A stretch of DNA of 64,000 nucleotides from the human T2T-CHM13v2.0 reference genome, Homo sapiens. Location: NCBI RefSeq assembly GCF_009914755.1, contig NC_060928.1; one strand, 5' to 3'. Below, one piece after another: positions 60,991-64,000 of this stretch; positions within the stretch are counted from its first letter, which is position 1; each line of letters starts with the position of its first letter. The notes beneath the pieces were generated by a model, which was not told the origin of the DNA, made no database searches, and saw nothing but the letters and a program-made list of their open reading frames with translations. A program made the position numbers and the translations under genes.

Positions 60991-61740
60991 TCAACTCCCA
61001 AAACCAATGTTCATTTGATTTGGACATTTAACTGGCTATTAATAACATAATGGTGTTGAAACAGAACGTGATTGTTAAGTCTCAACTCTCTTCTTTGAGT
61101 CTCACCCATCTTATATTTTGGTAAGCTAATAATGGCAACAGTTAACATTTTTTTGCATAAAGCTTCTCATGTATGTTCCAGAAGCATAATTTCTTACATT
61201 TAAATGATAATATTGACGATCTATTATGCTGTTATTTAAATAAAATCTTTATGTAAATCATACATTTGTGCATAATTTTGGAGTATTTTAAACTACTATT
61301 GTACAACGTGATAGTGTAGGGAAAAAAATCTTAAGTTGGTCGTTTACAATTCAGTGTCCTTAAATAGAGCAGGTGGATTATAATCAATATTTGTATAATT
61401 TGTTTTTTGTTTTCTTCCTTCTGTGTATGACTAAATAATACTTTTAAAAATGATGATCTCTTGTTTGGAATTTTTTAAAAAATTGTATGACGATGGATTG
61501 TTCATTTATAATGTGTGTGTTGTCCTTGGGAAACAAGATGACAGTGATACATTTTTAAGAAAATTAAAGGAAAAGAGAAACCAGAAGAACCAGAAACTAT
61601 TGTTTATAAAGTATCTAATGCATTCTTTTTAAACTCTACCAACTGTATGTAATTGTTTAATATATACTTGCAAAGATTTTTAGGGCTAAAATTGACATCA
61701 GTTCAAAGTTGACTCTTATTACCTTCTTCCTGGTGTGAAG

Positions 61741-61830
61741 ACGAGCACATCCCAGCTCCTCTTGACCAAGGCAGTGAACAGCCTCTTTTCCAACCCCTGG
61801 ATCACCAAGCCACAAGTTTGCCTTCAAGGG
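61741..61830 (+). CDS. NPNT: Nephronectin alternative cassette exon, 90 nt ((D)EHIPAPLDQGSEQPLFQPLDHQATSLPSR)
   Basis: Acceptor ccttcttcctggtgtgaag|, donor GGG|GTGAGC; phase 1-1, open in frame; matches the recalled 30-aa insert of an NPNT isoform. Confidence 0.85.
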
Positions 61831-64000
61831 GTGAGCGTGCATTGTCCCAGGTGGTCTGCTCTTCCCACCTGCATGGCTTCCTGCAGTTATGTCACTTCTT
61901 GCAAATGTTCTGAAGACTAGCCCAGGAGTGTCCAGCCTTCAGCCCTGAGCATGAGCAAGCAGCAGGAATTGCCACCTGGTGCTGATTCTCTGTGCTCTGA
62001 AAAGCATGGAGCCCTACTGTCCTTTTAATGCATCGAGTATCATTGCTTTTCTTTCTCTTTTCTGAATTTTGAAATATGTTCTAAAAACAGATAGCAAAAC
62101 AACTTTTTTCATATGTAGGCAAATTCAGGAGTTCCAAAGCAACTGAAATTGGGGGTTTGATGCCTTTTGCCAAGGAGATTTTAGAAATCAAGTCCTCTTC
62201 CCCACTCTTGAGGTATAGAGTTTTAGGTTATCTGAAAATCAAAGCATACATTAGTGACCTTCTTTTGGTATACATTGTGTAACATCAGATAGCCTAAGTT
62301 CTGGTTCCAAGAGAGCACTTAGTTGCTATTTGATTATAAGCAAGTCATTAACCAATCAGTAACAGGGAGACAGTAATTCCTGCCCTATTTGCCTGTGGGG
62401 TTGGCGTGAGAATAGAAACACCAAAAATATTAATGTCTTCGTCATGCTGGAAAGCTTTGTAGGAAAATAATGTGGTAGCATAATTTTACAGTTCCTCTTT
62501 TAGGTCATTTTATCTCTAACCCATTCATAGGTTTAAGAACTTAGAATAACTGAATTAAAATAGTTGAAATTATTAATCATTGTCTCTGCTGAGAAGAAAT
62601 TTGATGCATTTGTATATTTTCTACACAAGGAATTAGGGCAAAAGAATTAATTTCGGTCCTTAATAATTAAAAAATTAAAATTTTGGTAGTTGACATATTG
62701 ACATCTGTTTGCCTATGACATTGCCCGATTTAAGCACCAAAGCGGGGAGAAAGTCCAAATGTGTTAAAACAAATGAAAGTTTATTTTTAAAAAATCCAGT
62801 AAGTTAGTTATCTCCCGATTTTTCAAGCTACTTTTCAGTGTCTGCATGCTAATAAAATTTCTGATTTTTTTCCTGAAGTTTAATAATAATGCTGTGCAGC
62901 TTGCATTTCCATTCTGGACCAGTTCCCTTCTCCCTCTCCTTCTCCCATCCAAGCTCCTGAATCCACCAACCTACTGAAATGTATTCCTGACAATAGTAGA
63001 TGCACTTTAAGACTTGTATACATAATAACTGAAGCATTTGAATGTAAGTGGTTTATTGTAAAGTTCTATCCTTTAGTGTAAGATAAGCACATGAAATAAT
63101 TCATTAAATTTTTTATTTTCCTATTTTATAGATTTTCCTTATATATATTATAAACCTCCAGAGAAAAAGGAAGATAAGTAAATTTAAAATAAAAACACCA
63201 AAGTTTTATTTCTAGGTTCTTTTATCAACTTTTAAGATTTATTTGAGACAGTATGATCAATGACTTCATTTTGTTCTGCTTATTATTGTAGGAGTATTTA
63301 CTATAATTTGGAAGTAATTTATTTTTGAATTTATTGCTTAATTGAATGATCTCCAATAGATTGTGATAATGAACACAGCATTTATAGAAAGCAGCACATA
63401 TTAACTTACTTAATATGGCACTAGGTCAATGAGAAAAGAAGGTAACATAATTGAAGACAAGAAACTCTTAAGAAAACTGAGGACAAAAAGGCTTCTCACC
63501 AGGACACCAGATGCATTTAATCTTTTGAAGCTCTGTACTTTAGGAAAAGTCTGATATTTGGCAAATTTTGATAAACATGGATGACTATGGAATCCTATTT
63601 TATAGTATCTGAAGTGGCTTTCATAAGGGTCATTGTGAAGTTTTTAGGAGACACCTGCCTGTGGCAGATGGGACAATGATGGCAGTCACTAGTGATATTA
63701 ACACCAGTCAGCTGTCAGGGAATATCATCCAGACCATCAGCAGCTGGTAGAGTACAGCTTTCTCAATTGCTTTCCATGTTTTGGATACTTATATGCCCGT
63801 TAATAACAGGTAAAATAGCCAGTACATCATTTCCACATTTACCCATTGAATGTTGCATGTTTTCTTCCTTTCACATATTCATACAGTCCAGATTTTTTTT
63901 TGGACTCATGACAGCACATTGGCTTTTCTTTCCTTTCAGTTTCATGATTCTTAACCCCAAAGTGCTTTTGCCATGGGAACGGAAGGATAAATTTCGGTCG

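Overview
Human (primate) genomic DNA, AT-rich and repeat-dense; not microbial. About 1-24.1 kb is intergenic: MaLR LTRs (MST, THE1, MLT1 with internal sequence), a full-length but inactivated L1PA element (9301-15320), and Alu, MIR, L2 and MER fragments. A CpG island at about 24.2-25.9 kb holds the promoter and first exon of NPNT (nephronectin, + strand). I read three constitutive coding exons (24779-24849, 27027-27127, 56467-56559) and two in-frame cassette exons (41321-41371, 61741-61830); the gene continues past the window end. From recall this is the 4q24 GSTCD/NPNT lung-function locus. I see no new protein-coding system. The most unusual structures are a 354-bp near-perfect palindrome with an AT-rich centre in intron 2, a mosaic templated insertion inside an Alu copied from two nearby sites, a short L1 3'-end copy embedded in L1 ORF2 next to an in-frame deletion, and a latent NAGNAG acceptor at exon 2. 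Repeat subfamily names come from recalled consensus sequences and need RepeatMasker/Dfam confirmation.
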